Source: an uncultured Bacilli bacterium
GTDB taxonomy: Bacteria; Bacillota_I; Bacilli_A; RF39; UBA660
Reading direction: 5' to 3'
DNA length: 64,000 bases
NCBI GenBank assembly: GCA_934096015.1
Contig: CAKOLD010000003.1
Coordinates: 2,640 to 66,639, forward strand
In this document: one piece after another, positions 51,554 to 60,867 of the stretch
Layout: the number at the start of each line of letters is the position of its first letter
How positions within the stretch are numbered: the stretch's first letter is position 1
The notes under the pieces: model-generated
Told to the model about the DNA's origin: nothing
Seen by the model: only the letters and a program-made list of their open reading frames with translations
Databases searched by the model: none
Position numbers and translations under genes: made by a program

Positions 51554-52339
51554 TTGGTGGTTAAATTGACCATATATATTGATTTAGTAATATTTATTAA
51601 TTTTATGTTTGATTTTGATCTTTTACTAAGCTTAAATATGCTTCTAAAAAGAAGAACAAAAATATGGAAAATAGTAATTGGATCCTTAATTGGAAGTTTA
51701 AGTCTTCTTACTTTATTTTTAAATCTAAATAGTTTAATGCTTTTTATTTTTAAATTTTTAATAAGTGTAGTTATGATATTAGTAACATTTAAAAATAATT
51801 CTAGACAAGAATTTATTGATAACATGGTTTATTTATATCTTTTAAGTATAATTTTAGGAGGAACTTTATATTTGCTAAATGATCACTTTAGTTATAAAAG
51901 CTCTGGATTAATTTTTATAAATAAAGATTATAATATAAATTTAATCATAATATTAATTATTACACCACTGTTACTTATAGGATATAATATACAATTAAAA
52001 AAATTTCAATTAAACTATTCTAAATATTATAAATTAGACATATTATTAAGTGGAAAAATTATAAATTTAACCGCTTTTTTAGATACTGGTAATAAACTTA
52101 TCGATCCTATAACAAAAAAACCAATAATTATAATAAATCAAAATGTATTATCAGATAATTATCATTATTTTTTTGTACCTTATACTACAATAAATGGTTC
52201 AAGTATTTTAAAATGCATAAAACCAGATTATATTGTTATAGACAATAAAGTAATTAAAAATGTTTTAGTAGGGATAAGTGAACAACCAATAAAAATACCA
52301 GGTGTTGATTGTATCTTAAACGAAAGGATATTTGTATGA
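51554..52339 (+). CDS. spoIIGA: sigma-E processing aspartic peptidase SpoIIGA
   Basis: Five N-terminal TM helices (IYIDLVIFINFMFD...LLKRR) and catalytic FLDTGN. The likely start is the TTG at 51566 after GGTGG. Confidence 0.8.
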   Translation: MVVKLTIYIDLVIFINFMFDFDLLLSLNMLLKRRTKIWKIVIGSLIGSLSLLTLFLNLNSLMLFIFKFLISVVMILVTFKNNSRQEFIDNMVYLYLLSIILGGTLYLLNDHFSYKSSGLIFINKDYNINLIIILIITPLLLIGYNIQLKKFQLNYSKYYKLDILLSGKIINLTAFLDTGNKLIDPITKKPIIIINQNVLSDNYHYFFVPYTTINGSSILKCIKPDYIVIDNKVIKNVLVGISEQPIKIPGVDCILNERIFV

Positions 52340-53022
52340 AATTTTTAAAAAAATTATTAAAACTATTAAAAAAAGACAATGAATGTTTTTTTGTAGGAAG
52401 TACCGATATTCTACCGCCACCTCTTTCAAGCGAAGAGGAACTTCATTATTTAATGCTTGCCAAACAAGGTGATGAAAATGCTAAAAATAAATTGATAGAA
52501 CATAATTTAAGACTAGTTGTATTTTTGGCAAAAAAATATGATAATACAAAAACCGATATTGAAGACTTAGTAAGCATTGGCTCAATAGGTTTAATAAAAG
52601 GCATAAATACTTACAAAATAGATAAGAACATTAAATTAGCAACATATGCAAGTAGATGTATAAGTAATGAGATATTAATGTTTTTAAGAAAAAATAAAAA
52701 AAGAAAAACCGAAATAAGTTTTGAAGATGCTTTAAATTATGATGCTGAAGGTAATGAGTTGCATCTTGAAGACATATTAGGTACTGAAGAAGATGTAGTA
52801 TATAAAGAATTTGAACAAGGACTCGATAAAGTTGCCTTAGAAAAAGAATTAAATCTTTTAAATGACCGAGAAAAACAAATTATGACTCTAAGATATGGTT
52901 TAAATAACACAGATGAATTTACTCAAAAAGAAGTAGCAGAAATGTTAGGAATTAGTCAATCATATATTTCTAGGATAGAAAAGAAAGTAATTAAAAAACT
53001 AAGAACAATCATGAAAACATAA
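52336..53022 (+). CDS. sigE: sporulation sigma factor sigma-E (pro-sigma-E)
   Basis: FVGSTDILPPPLSSEEE, NLRLVVFLAKKY, KLATYASRCISNEILMFLR and GISQSYISRIEKKVIKKLR are nearly colinear with SigE. ATG at 52336 overlaps the spoIIGA stop. Confidence 0.85.
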   Translation: MKFLKKLLKLLKKDNECFFVGSTDILPPPLSSEEELHYLMLAKQGDENAKNKLIEHNLRLVVFLAKKYDNTKTDIEDLVSIGSIGLIKGINTYKIDKNIKLATYASRCISNEILMFLRKNKKRKTEISFEDALNYDAEGNELHLEDILGTEEDVVYKEFEQGLDKVALEKELNLLNDREKQIMTLRYGLNNTDEFTQKEVAEMLGISQSYISRIEKKVIKKLRTIMKT

Positions 53023-53068
53023 TTTACTTTATTCTTTTTTTTTGCTATTATTTAAAATAGGTGAGACT

Positions 53069-53497
53069 ATGAAAAAGTTAAATATTTATGTTATTCACGG
53101 AGAAAAATTTAACTACAAAGAAGAATTTTATAAACCTTTACTTTTAAGCAAAATTGCTGAGCACAATCTTATTCTCCCACGCACAGAAAGATATAGAGAA
53201 GTTTACGCTAAAGATCTTATAAACAAAAGCGACTTCATCATAGTAAATTTAACAAATGCAACTTTTAGTGTATATCTTGAAACAAAATGGGCGAAGAAAG
53301 CAGAAAAGGATATTCTATTTATAACAAAAAATAATTCAAAATGTTCTTTTCTTTTAAATAAATATAAAAAACAGGCTCTTAAATATAATACAATAGAAGA
53401 AGAAAAAGAAATAATAGAGCAATATATAAAGCAGAACATAAATAATTTAAGCACTGAAGAAACAGACGGTACAATAAATTTAGGAAGTATAAATTAA
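53069..53497 (+). CDS. hypothetical protein
   Basis: ORF with RBS AGGTGAG. It occupies the position where sigG sits in Bacillus. Confidence 0.4.
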   Translation: MKKLNIYVIHGEKFNYKEEFYKPLLLSKIAEHNLILPRTERYREVYAKDLINKSDFIIVNLTNATFSVYLETKWAKKAEKDILFITKNNSKCSFLLNKYKKQALKYNTIEEEKEIIEQYIKQNINNLSTEETDGTINLGSIN

Positions 53498-53555
53498 CTA
53501 TTTACTAAATTGAACTTCTTTGATAGAATATATTATATAGTATGGAGGAATACAA

Positions 53556-53975
53556 ATGGCATTTGATGGATTAAAAAAAGCTTTATTTGCAGAAGACAAT
53601 AGCAACGCTACTAACGAAGACGAATTTTATTCAATAAGTAAAAAAGAAATGAAAAATGAAGATTTAAAAAGTGGTAATAAAATGATATTAGTAGAACCAC
53701 GCGCTTATTCAGAAAGTCAACAAATAGCTGATTATCTAAAAAATCGTAATAGTGTTGTAGTTAACTTAAAAAGAGTTACATCAGATCAAGCAAAAAGAAT
53801 AATAGATTTTTTAACAGGAACTATTTATGCTATTGGTGGAGATCTTCAAAAGTTAGGTAACGGTATCTACTTATGTACACCTAATAATGTAAGTGTTCAA
53901 GGAAAAATGACAGAACAGGAAGAAAAGTCAAAAAATAATAGTAAATCCAAATTTGAAGAAGAAATAGAATTTTAA
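53556..53975 (+). CDS. sepF: cell division protein SepF
   Basis: MILVEPRAYSESQQIADYLKNRNSVVVNLKRV...IDFLTGTIYAIGGDLQKLGNGIYLCTPNNV matches the SepF C-domain. Confidence 0.8.
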   Translation: MAFDGLKKALFAEDNSNATNEDEFYSISKKEMKNEDLKSGNKMILVEPRAYSESQQIADYLKNRNSVVVNLKRVTSDQAKRIIDFLTGTIYAIGGDLQKLGNGIYLCTPNNVSVQGKMTEQEEKSKNNSKSKFEEEIEF

Positions 53976-54000
53976 TTTTATTTCTTTTTGAGGTGATCAT

Positions 54001-54429
54001 ATGGAAAAATTTAACACCAGTATAACCGGATACAAAAAAAGTGAAGTTAATAAATTTGTAAATGATGTTATAAGAGAAGTCGATGACATGATTAATAAAA
54101 TGAAAGCCAAAGACTTAGAAATAGAAAAATTAAAAGCAGAATTAGAACATTATAAAAATATGGAATCGACGTTTAATAGAGCTATTTTAATGGCCGAAGA
54201 AGCGTCAAGCCAAATAAAAAAAATGGCTAGAGAAGAAAGTGAAAGTTTAATTAACGACGCAAAACGTAACGCAAACAGAATAATTAATGATGCGCTTCGA
54301 GCACGTGAAAAAGCCGAAGACGATACAGAAAGACTTAGAAGAAATATTATTACCTTTAAAAGAAGATTAAAAAGCATAGTAGAAAATCAACTTGAAGTTA
54401 TTGAAGATATAGAACATATTAATTTATAA
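54001..54429 (+). CDS. DivIVA-domain protein
   Basis: N-terminal DivIVA lipid-binding domain (F..SITGYKKSEVNKFVNDV), then a coiled coil. Confidence 0.7.
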   Translation: MEKFNTSITGYKKSEVNKFVNDVIREVDDMINKMKAKDLEIEKLKAELEHYKNMESTFNRAILMAEEASSQIKKMAREESESLINDAKRNANRIINDALRAREKAEDDTERLRRNIITFKRRLKSIVENQLEVIEDIEHINL

Positions 54430-54489
54430 TATGTTTTTTTTAAAGGAAAAATTAATTTACTCACTACATTAATAAATGGAGGGAGTAAT

Positions 54490-56481
54490 ATGAAGAAAAA
54501 ATTAATTGTAAAACAAGCTGATGAAAATGATTGCGGAGCCTGCTGCTTACTATCTATAATCAAGTATTACGGTGGTAACAGTTCCTTAGAATTATTAAAA
54601 GTAGAAACCAACACTAGTAACCTAGGAACTAATGCTTACGAAATAATAAAATGTGCGGAAAAATATGGTTTAGAAGGAACAGGAATTAAAAATCATGACA
54701 TAAATAAAATAAAAACACCATTTATAGCACACTTAAAAATAAAAGAAAACTTTCATTTTATTGTAGTTTATAAGATAGAAAAAGAACATTTAATTATCAT
54801 GGATCCATCTAAAGGAAAAGAAAAAATCAAAGAATCAATTTTTTTAAAACAATTCACAGGTAATTTAATAATTTTAAGACCAGCTACCACAGTGTTGTAT
54901 TTAGAAAAAAACAGCACTTTAATTCATATTTTAAAAAATTTTTTTAAATATAATAAAAAAACTTTTAAAAGTTATTATTTTATATCTTTAATATTACTTT
55001 TAATAGATATTATATTTTCTCTAATTATTAAAATTTTAATTGATAGTCAAAACATCTTGCTCTACACAAATATTTTTTTTCTGCTTTTAGTTGTCAAATT
55101 ATTTTTAACTTATAAAAAAAATACAAAAGAATCTTTCTTAGAAAACCTCTTAAAGTTACATTTAAATTATCAATTTTTTAATCATATAATCTCTCTTCCA
55201 TTAAAATATATTCAATTAAAAACCTCAGGAGAAATATTTACAAAATTCAAAGAAGTAAATAAAATAGCAGAAGCATCCTCTAATTTTCTATTTAAAACAA
55301 TATTTGAATTGTTATCCGCTTTGATCATTTTAGTAGTTGTTACGTTATACAAATTTAAATTAGCAATAATTATCTATCTTTTTTTAATATTTTATTCATT
55401 TGTATCACTTATTCAAACTAAAAGACTAATTTATAAAATAAATAAATCTATAAACCTAGAAAGCGAATGTAATACTATACTAGATGAATATATTAATAAT
55501 ATTTTAAACATCAATATGTTAAACAGTAATAATTATTTTATAAAAAATTTTAATAAAGTATTATTACTAAAAAATAAAAATAAAAGTCAATTTGATAAAA
55601 TGATTATTATCTTTAGTATTTTAAAGGAAACAATATATCTATCATTTTATATCATTACTATATTATATTCATTCTATTTAAATTATTCAGTAGTTGATTT
55701 AATTACATTCCTTAATTTAGAAATAATTATTTTTGATAATATACAAAGTATTTTTAATGATATCCCAATATATTTATATGAAAAACAAGTATTTTTAAAG
55801 ATAAGTGATTTTTTTGGCCTTCCTTCTACAATAAAATTAGAAAATAAATATATATACGATGAAATTAAATTTAATAACGTGACATTTAAATACAATGAAT
55901 GCAATAAATATATTTACAATTTTAAAATCAACAAAAATGAACACGTGATGATTAAAGGCAAAAATGGTACAGGTAAAAGCACAATGTGCAAATTGTTATT
56001 AAGAATTTATGAAAATTATGAAGGAACTATTGAAATTGGAAATACCAATATAATGGATATAAATAAACAGATTTTAAAAAATTCTATTTCTATTGCCAAC
56101 CAAAATTCTAATATTTTTCATGATACTATAAAAAACAATATAATGTTGAATAAACAATATAGTGAAAAATTATTTAATAAGATAGCATTCATTTGTGATT
56201 TGGAATCTCTTGTTAGTAAGAAAAATAATAGATATGAGACAATAATATACGAAAAATCTTTTAACCTCTCTGGCGGAGAAATGCAAAAAATTATACTCGC
56301 TAGAACACTTATAAAACCGGCAAAAATTATAATACTAGACGAAACTTTAAGTGAATTAAGTATTGAATCAGAAATAGAAATTATTAAAAAATTAAATTTA
56401 TATTTAAAAGATAAAACAATCATATATATAACTCATAGAAATTTTGATAAATATTTTAAGAGAGTAATAACATTGAATTAG
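54490..56481 (+). CDS. peptidase-C39 domain ABC transporter (bacteriocin/peptide-processing exporter; SunT/LagD/ComA type)
   Basis: N-terminal C39 peptidase (catalytic Cys in QADENDCGACCLLSII, His in HFIVVYKIE), 6-TM domain, NBD with GKNGTGKST, LSGGEMQKI, ILDE, ITHR. Confidence 0.8.
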   Translation: MKKKLIVKQADENDCGACCLLSIIKYYGGNSSLELLKVETNTSNLGTNAYEIIKCAEKYGLEGTGIKNHDINKIKTPFIAHLKIKENFHFIVVYKIEKEHLIIMDPSKGKEKIKESIFLKQFTGNLIILRPATTVLYLEKNSTLIHILKNFFKYNKKTFKSYYFISLILLLIDIIFSLIIKILIDSQNILLYTNIFFLLLVVKLFLTYKKNTKESFLENLLKLHLNYQFFNHIISLPLKYIQLKTSGEIFTKFKEVNKIAEASSNFLFKTIFELLSALIILVVVTLYKFKLAIIIYLFLIFYSFVSLIQTKRLIYKINKSINLESECNTILDEYINNILNINMLNSNNYFIKNFNKVLLLKNKNKSQFDKMIIIFSILKETIYLSFYIITILYSFYLNYSVVDLITFLNLEIIIFDNIQSIFNDIPIYLYEKQVFLKISDFFGLPSTIKLENKYIYDEIKFNNVTFKYNECNKYIYNFKINKNEHVMIKGKNGTGKSTMCKLLLRIYENYEGTIEIGNTNIMDINKQILKNSISIANQNSNIFHDTIKNNIMLNKQYSEKLFNKIAFICDLESLVSKKNNRYETIIYEKSFNLSGGEMQKIILARTLIKPAKIIILDETLSELSIESEIEIIKKLNLYLKDKTIIYITHRNFDKYFKRVITLN

Positions 56482-56494
56482 AAAGGATGATAAA

Positions 56495-56632
56495 GTGGTT
56501 TTAAAAAAAGCTGAATTAGAAAACATCTATGGTGGTAAAAATAAATGGAGTATAGGAATTGTTATAGGAATACTAGGAACATTCTTTGCTGGTGTTATAG
56601 ATGGATATTTTAGGCCTCTTAGGTGCAATTAA
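56495..56632 (+). CDS. double-glycine-leader peptide 1 (class II bacteriocin-like precursor, 45 aa, GTG start)
   Basis: VVLKKAELENIYGG | KNKWSIGIVIGILGTFFAGVIDGYFRPLRCN. AAGGA lies 7 nt upstream of the GTG. Leader fits L-x3-E-L-x2-I-x-GG. Mature peptide has GxxxG motifs and is cationic. Confidence 0.6.
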   Translation: MVLKKAELENIYGGKNKWSIGIVIGILGTFFAGVIDGYFRPLRCN

Positions 56633-56778
56633 TGAATAAAAAAGAATTGGAATTAATTGTAGGAGGCATCTCTGGTAATTACTTAAATTATTTATCAAAG
56701 ATGATTAATACCATCTTTAATATTGGTAGAAGTATAGGTAGTGCGATTAACTATTTAAGAAAAGGGAAAACATGCTAA
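56632..56778 (+). CDS. double-glycine-leader peptide 2 (class II bacteriocin-like precursor, 48 aa)
   Basis: MNKKELELIVGG | ISGNYLNYLSKMINTIFNIGRSIGSAINYLRKGKTC. Its ATG overlaps the peptide-1 TAA by 1 nt. GxxxG (GRSIG), cationic C-terminus ending in Cys. Confidence 0.6.
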   Translation: MNKKELELIVGGISGNYLNYLSKMINTIFNIGRSIGSAINYLRKGKTC

Positions 56779-56790
56779 TCCCTTTCTTTT
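56761..56790 (+). terminator. rho-independent terminator at the end of the peptide pair
   Basis: AAAGGGA-aaacatgctaa-TCCCTTT hairpin followed by CTTTT; it overlaps the peptide-2 stop. Confidence 0.55.
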
Positions 56791-56829
56791 AATATAAAAA
56801 ATTGTTATAATGTAAAAAGGTGAATATAT

Positions 56830-57891
56830 TTGAATAAAGAAATAGAAAAAATTCTAAAAAAGATAGAAAAACATGGATTTAAAGCCTATATAGTAGGAGG
56901 ATATGTTAGAAATTATTTAATGGGAATTAAAACTTTTGATGTAGACATCGCAACTAGTGCCAAACCCAAAGATCTAATTAATATATTTCCTAATGCCAAA
57001 TATAATCAAAATTATGGAACAATTAAAATAATAACCAATGATTATAAATACGATATAACAACTTTTAGAAAAGAAAATTATTTTAACAATCAAATAAAAA
57101 TAGATTATGTCGATAACTTTGAAGAAGATTTTTCAAGAAGAGACTTTACAATAAATTCCATTTATATGGATAGATCAGGAAGTATCTATGATCCAACAAA
57201 TGGATTAAAAGATCTCCAAAATAAAAATATTATTGTTATTGGACAAACTTCAAAAAGATTTCAAGAAGATCCTCTAAGAATCCTAAGAGGCTTAAGATTT
57301 AAAATAGAATTAGATTTTAAGTTAGACAAAGGTATAATTGATTACATAAAAACAAATGGACAAGAACTATCTAAAATAAGCTATTTTAGAAAAAAAGAAG
57401 AATTAAATAAAATTTTTTCCTTAAAAAATAAACTAAGTGGATTAAACCTTTTAAAAGAATATAACCTTTTAAAACCATTAGATATTAATTTTAATAAAGT
57501 AGTTTATACTACAGATCCATTAGGAATGTGGTCTCAAATAGAATACAGCGATAAGTATCCTTTTACAAAAGAAGAAAAATATATAATAAAGAAAATTAAA
57601 AACATTAAAAAGCTAGATGACTATACTATATATCAAAATGGTTTATACATATCATTAATTTGTGCAGAAATTCTTGAAATCGAAAAAAAGAAAATTATTG
57701 ATACTTACAAAAATTTACCGATAAAAAATAAAAAAGATATAAAAATCAATTATAAAAAATTGGTGAATTTAGGATATGCTCCAAATAAAATAAATGATAT
57801 AATAAATTTTATAGAAAAAGGCATAATATTTGGAAAATGCAAAAATAATTATAAAAGCATAAAAGAATATTTACAACACAATTGGAAGTGA
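56830..57891 (+). CDS. cca: CCA-adding tRNA nucleotidyltransferase (TTG start)
   Basis: GGYVRNYLMG...DVDIAT polymerase-beta head motifs, then RRDFTINS. Confidence 0.8.
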   Translation: MNKEIEKILKKIEKHGFKAYIVGGYVRNYLMGIKTFDVDIATSAKPKDLINIFPNAKYNQNYGTIKIITNDYKYDITTFRKENYFNNQIKIDYVDNFEEDFSRRDFTINSIYMDRSGSIYDPTNGLKDLQNKNIIVIGQTSKRFQEDPLRILRGLRFKIELDFKLDKGIIDYIKTNGQELSKISYFRKKEELNKIFSLKNKLSGLNLLKEYNLLKPLDINFNKVVYTTDPLGMWSQIEYSDKYPFTKEEKYIIKKIKNIKKLDDYTIYQNGLYISLICAEILEIEKKKIIDTYKNLPIKNKKDIKINYKKLVNLGYAPNKINDIINFIEKGIIFGKCKNNYKSIKEYLQHNWK

Positions 57892-57895
57892 TTTA

Positions 57896-58537
57896 ATGCA
57901 GCAAAAATTTATAAGTAACATCTTAAAAAAGAAAGACTATATTATAAAGCCTTTTATTTTTGAATTAGTAAAAAGCCAAAATTTAGATTTAAATGATACT
58001 CTACTATTAATATTTTTAACAAATCAAGAAAAACCAATATTAGATATTAGTCTAATAAAAGAAACAATTTTTTTATCGGAAATAGAAATTATGACATCGT
58101 TTAGTAATCTCTCAAGTAAAAATTTAATTAAAACAGATGTAGTAAAAAAAGATGATAAGATAGAAGAATATATTAATATTGATAATATTTACAATTTAGC
58201 ATTTATGGATATAGAAAAAGAAGTGAAAAATACTGAAAAACAAGATATTTTTAGTATTTTTGAACAAGAATTTGGAAGAACACTTTCACCAATGGAATGT
58301 GAACTTATAAATGCTTGGATTAATAGTGGAATAAATGAAGAATTAGTTATAGGTGCTTTAAAAGAAGCTATATACAATGGGGTAAATAATTTAAGATATA
58401 TAGATAAAATTATTTATGAATGGGGTAAAAAAGGATTTAAAACAATGGATGACGTAAATAAACATTTAAAAAATAAAGAAAAAAAAGATTACACAGACGA
58501 TGGCTTTGACTACAATTGGTTAGATGGAAATGAATAA
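57896..58537 (+). CDS. dnaD: DnaD-domain replication initiation/membrane attachment protein
   Basis: C-terminal DnaD/DnaB2 domain (FGRTLSPMECELINAWINSG...YIDKIIYEWGKKG). Adjacent to nth, as in Bacillus. Confidence 0.7.
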   Translation: MQQKFISNILKKKDYIIKPFIFELVKSQNLDLNDTLLLIFLTNQEKPILDISLIKETIFLSEIEIMTSFSNLSSKNLIKTDVVKKDDKIEEYINIDNIYNLAFMDIEKEVKNTEKQDIFSIFEQEFGRTLSPMECELINAWINSGINEELVIGALKEAIYNGVNNLRYIDKIIYEWGKKGFKTMDDVNKHLKNKEKKDYTDDGFDYNWLDGNE

Positions 58538-59156
58538 TATATTAGAATATTTAGATAAAATTATCCCAAATCCTGTTTGTGAATTAAATTACAACAAAGA
58601 TTATGAACTATTAATTGCTACAGTTCTATCAGCACAATGTACAGATGCTAGAGTTAATAAAGTTACAAAAATCCTATTTGAAAAATATCCTACACTTGTA
58701 AAACTTAACGAAGCAAAAATAGATGATATTAAAACAATTATAAGAAGTTGTGGAAACTTTAATAAAAAGAGTATTTATATAAAAGAAATAACGAGCAAAT
58801 TACTTTTAGAAAAAGAAGGAAAAGTTCCGAACGATTATAATTATTTAATTAAATTACCAGGAGTTGGTAGAAAAACTATAAATGTTGTATTATCAGAATT
58901 ATATAATAAACCAACAATTGCTGTAGATACTCATGTAGAAAGAGTAAGCAAAAGACTTAACATCACTTCACCAAATGCTACAGTGTTAAAAATAGAAGAG
59001 AAACTAATGAAAAAAATCCCAGAAAATAAATGGAATAGAGTAAATCATCAATTAGTTTTATTTGGTAGATATTTTTGTAAAAGTATTAACCCCAACTGTC
59101 AAGATTGTGAACTGAAAAAACAATGTAAGTATTATAAAAAAAATAAAATTAAATAA
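58524..59156 (+). CDS. nth: endonuclease III
   Basis: HhH-GPD motif LPGVGRKTINVVL, catalytic Lys/Asp region, 4Fe-4S cluster C-x6-C-x2-C-x5-C. Confidence 0.85.
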   Translation: MEMNNILEYLDKIIPNPVCELNYNKDYELLIATVLSAQCTDARVNKVTKILFEKYPTLVKLNEAKIDDIKTIIRSCGNFNKKSIYIKEITSKLLLEKEGKVPNDYNYLIKLPGVGRKTINVVLSELYNKPTIAVDTHVERVSKRLNITSPNATVLKIEEKLMKKIPENKWNRVNHQLVLFGRYFCKSINPNCQDCELKKQCKYYKKNKIK

Positions 59157-59169
59157 ACTATATGATATA

Positions 59170-60411
59170 ATGATAACTAGTGAGTTGATAACAATGAAAA
59201 AATATTTTCTACTTTTTATATTAAGCATAATTTGTTTATTAAATGTACATGCAGCAGATTTAAATACTATTAATTCTCAAAATGCCTTAGTAATCAATTT
59301 AAATGATAATTCTATTTTATACAGTAAAAATATCGATGAGAAAATTGAAATAGCCAGTCTAACTAAAATTATGACATGCCTAGTTGCAATAGAAAAGATA
59401 GATGACTTTAATAAAACAGTTACTATAACTGAGCCAATGTTAGAAGATATTTTTGAATACTCTAAAGCAGGTTTAAAAGTAGGAGATACGGTAACTTTAG
59501 AGGACTTATTATATGGGATAATGTTGCCTAGTGGTGCCGATGCTGTTCAAGCTGTAGCGATTACTTTGGCAGGTAGTAATGAATCATTTGCCGAATTAAT
59601 GAATGAGAGAGCTAAAAGTTTAAATTTAAGCAATACACATTTCAGTAACGGAATAGGAAAAGACGAAGACAATTATTCTACAGTAAGTGATGTATCTAAA
59701 ATTCTTATTGAAGCTTTAAAAAATCCTAAATTTTATAAAATTTATACAACTAAAAGTTATACCATGACAAATGGATTAGAACTCACATCCACAATAAGCA
59801 CTCATAAATTAGATACTAGTTTAATTAAAGGATCTAAAACTGGATTTACAGATGCAGCAGGATTATGTATAACAGCATTTTATGAAGATGATACATATAA
59901 GTACCTTGTTGTTACAGCAAAAGCCAACTTTACTGAAGGAAAACCGTACCATATTTTAGATGCTTTAACTTTTATTCAATATTATTTAGAAAACTATCAT
60001 TATATTGATTTATATAAAAAAGGAGACACTTTAACTTCAATACCAGTTATAAATAGCTTAAAAGATAAGTACGATATATTATCAAAAGAAACTATAAAAT
60101 TATATGTACCAACAAATATTACACCAGAAAATTTGAACATAAAAATCAATACTATTGATAATATTAGTAATAATTTAAAAAAAGGCTCTTACTTGGGAAA
60201 TATTAAGGTAAGTAATAATGAAAATGAACTTTACTATGAGGATTTTACACTTGATGAAGATATTAAATATAAAAATAATAGTGATAAACCAATAATAATT
60301 CTTTTAATTATTGCCATGGTTCTTTTAATGATCTATAACATTTTATTAAGATGTAAAATTCATCGCATAATCAATTCTTTAAAATCTAAAAAAAATAATA
60401 AAATCACCTAA
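59170..60411 (+). CDS. serine-type D-Ala-D-Ala carboxypeptidase (PBP5-like) with a C-terminal membrane anchor
   Basis: Signal peptide; SLTKIM (SxxK), PSGAD (SxN-like), KTGFT. C-terminal TM helix. The probable start is MKKYFLLF at 59194. Confidence 0.7.
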   Translation: MITSELITMKKYFLLFILSIICLLNVHAADLNTINSQNALVINLNDNSILYSKNIDEKIEIASLTKIMTCLVAIEKIDDFNKTVTITEPMLEDIFEYSKAGLKVGDTVTLEDLLYGIMLPSGADAVQAVAITLAGSNESFAELMNERAKSLNLSNTHFSNGIGKDEDNYSTVSDVSKILIEALKNPKFYKIYTTKSYTMTNGLELTSTISTHKLDTSLIKGSKTGFTDAAGLCITAFYEDDTYKYLVVTAKANFTEGKPYHILDALTFIQYYLENYHYIDLYKKGDTLTSIPVINSLKDKYDILSKETIKLYVPTNITPENLNIKINTIDNISNNLKKGSYLGNIKVSNNENELYYEDFTLDEDIKYKNNSDKPIIILLIIAMVLLMIYNILLRCKIHRIINSLKSKKNNKIT

Positions 60412-60465
60412 ATTTGAATATTTGATATATTACTTTTACCAAATATTTGATATAATCATTATTAG

Positions 60466-60867
60466 GTGATTTTTGTGTCTTTAAATAGAAGTGAATTAAG
60501 AGAAAAAATAATGACTATACTATATCAAATAAATTTATATAAAACTAATAACATGAATTATAATGTTGATGATATTATAAAAGAAAATATGGATGTTGAA
60601 AATGAATTTGTAAAAGAAATTGTTTACGGAGTAATGACATATTACGATGAACTTATAAAAATCGCTAATGACAATTTAGTTGATTGGACAATTGATAGAC
60701 TTGATTTAACAGGTGCCACGATTTTAATGATGGGGCTATATGAATTAAAATATATGGATACTCCAGAAATAGTAGTTATAAACGAAGCTTTAGATCTTGC
60801 TAATAAATACAGTAGTGAAAATGTTAGAAAAATGATTAATGCCGTTTTAGACAAAGTGAGATCTTAA
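60466..60867 (+). CDS. nusB: transcription antitermination factor NusB
   Basis: All-helical 130-aa protein with DRLDLTGATILMMGLYEL and the NEALDLA motif. Upstream of xseA, as in Bacillus. Confidence 0.8.
   Translation: MIFVSLNRSELREKIMTILYQINLYKTNNMNYNVDDIIKENMDVENEFVKEIVYGVMTYYDELIKIANDNLVDWTIDRLDLTGATILMMGLYELKYMDTPEIVVINEALDLANKYSSENVRKMINAVLDKVRS

Noticed and set aside
51529-51825. Minus-strand 98-aa ORF overlapping the spoIIGA start
   Set aside because: It is antisense to the SpoIIGA membrane domain and has AT-rich low-complexity content. spoIIGA has motif and synteny support.
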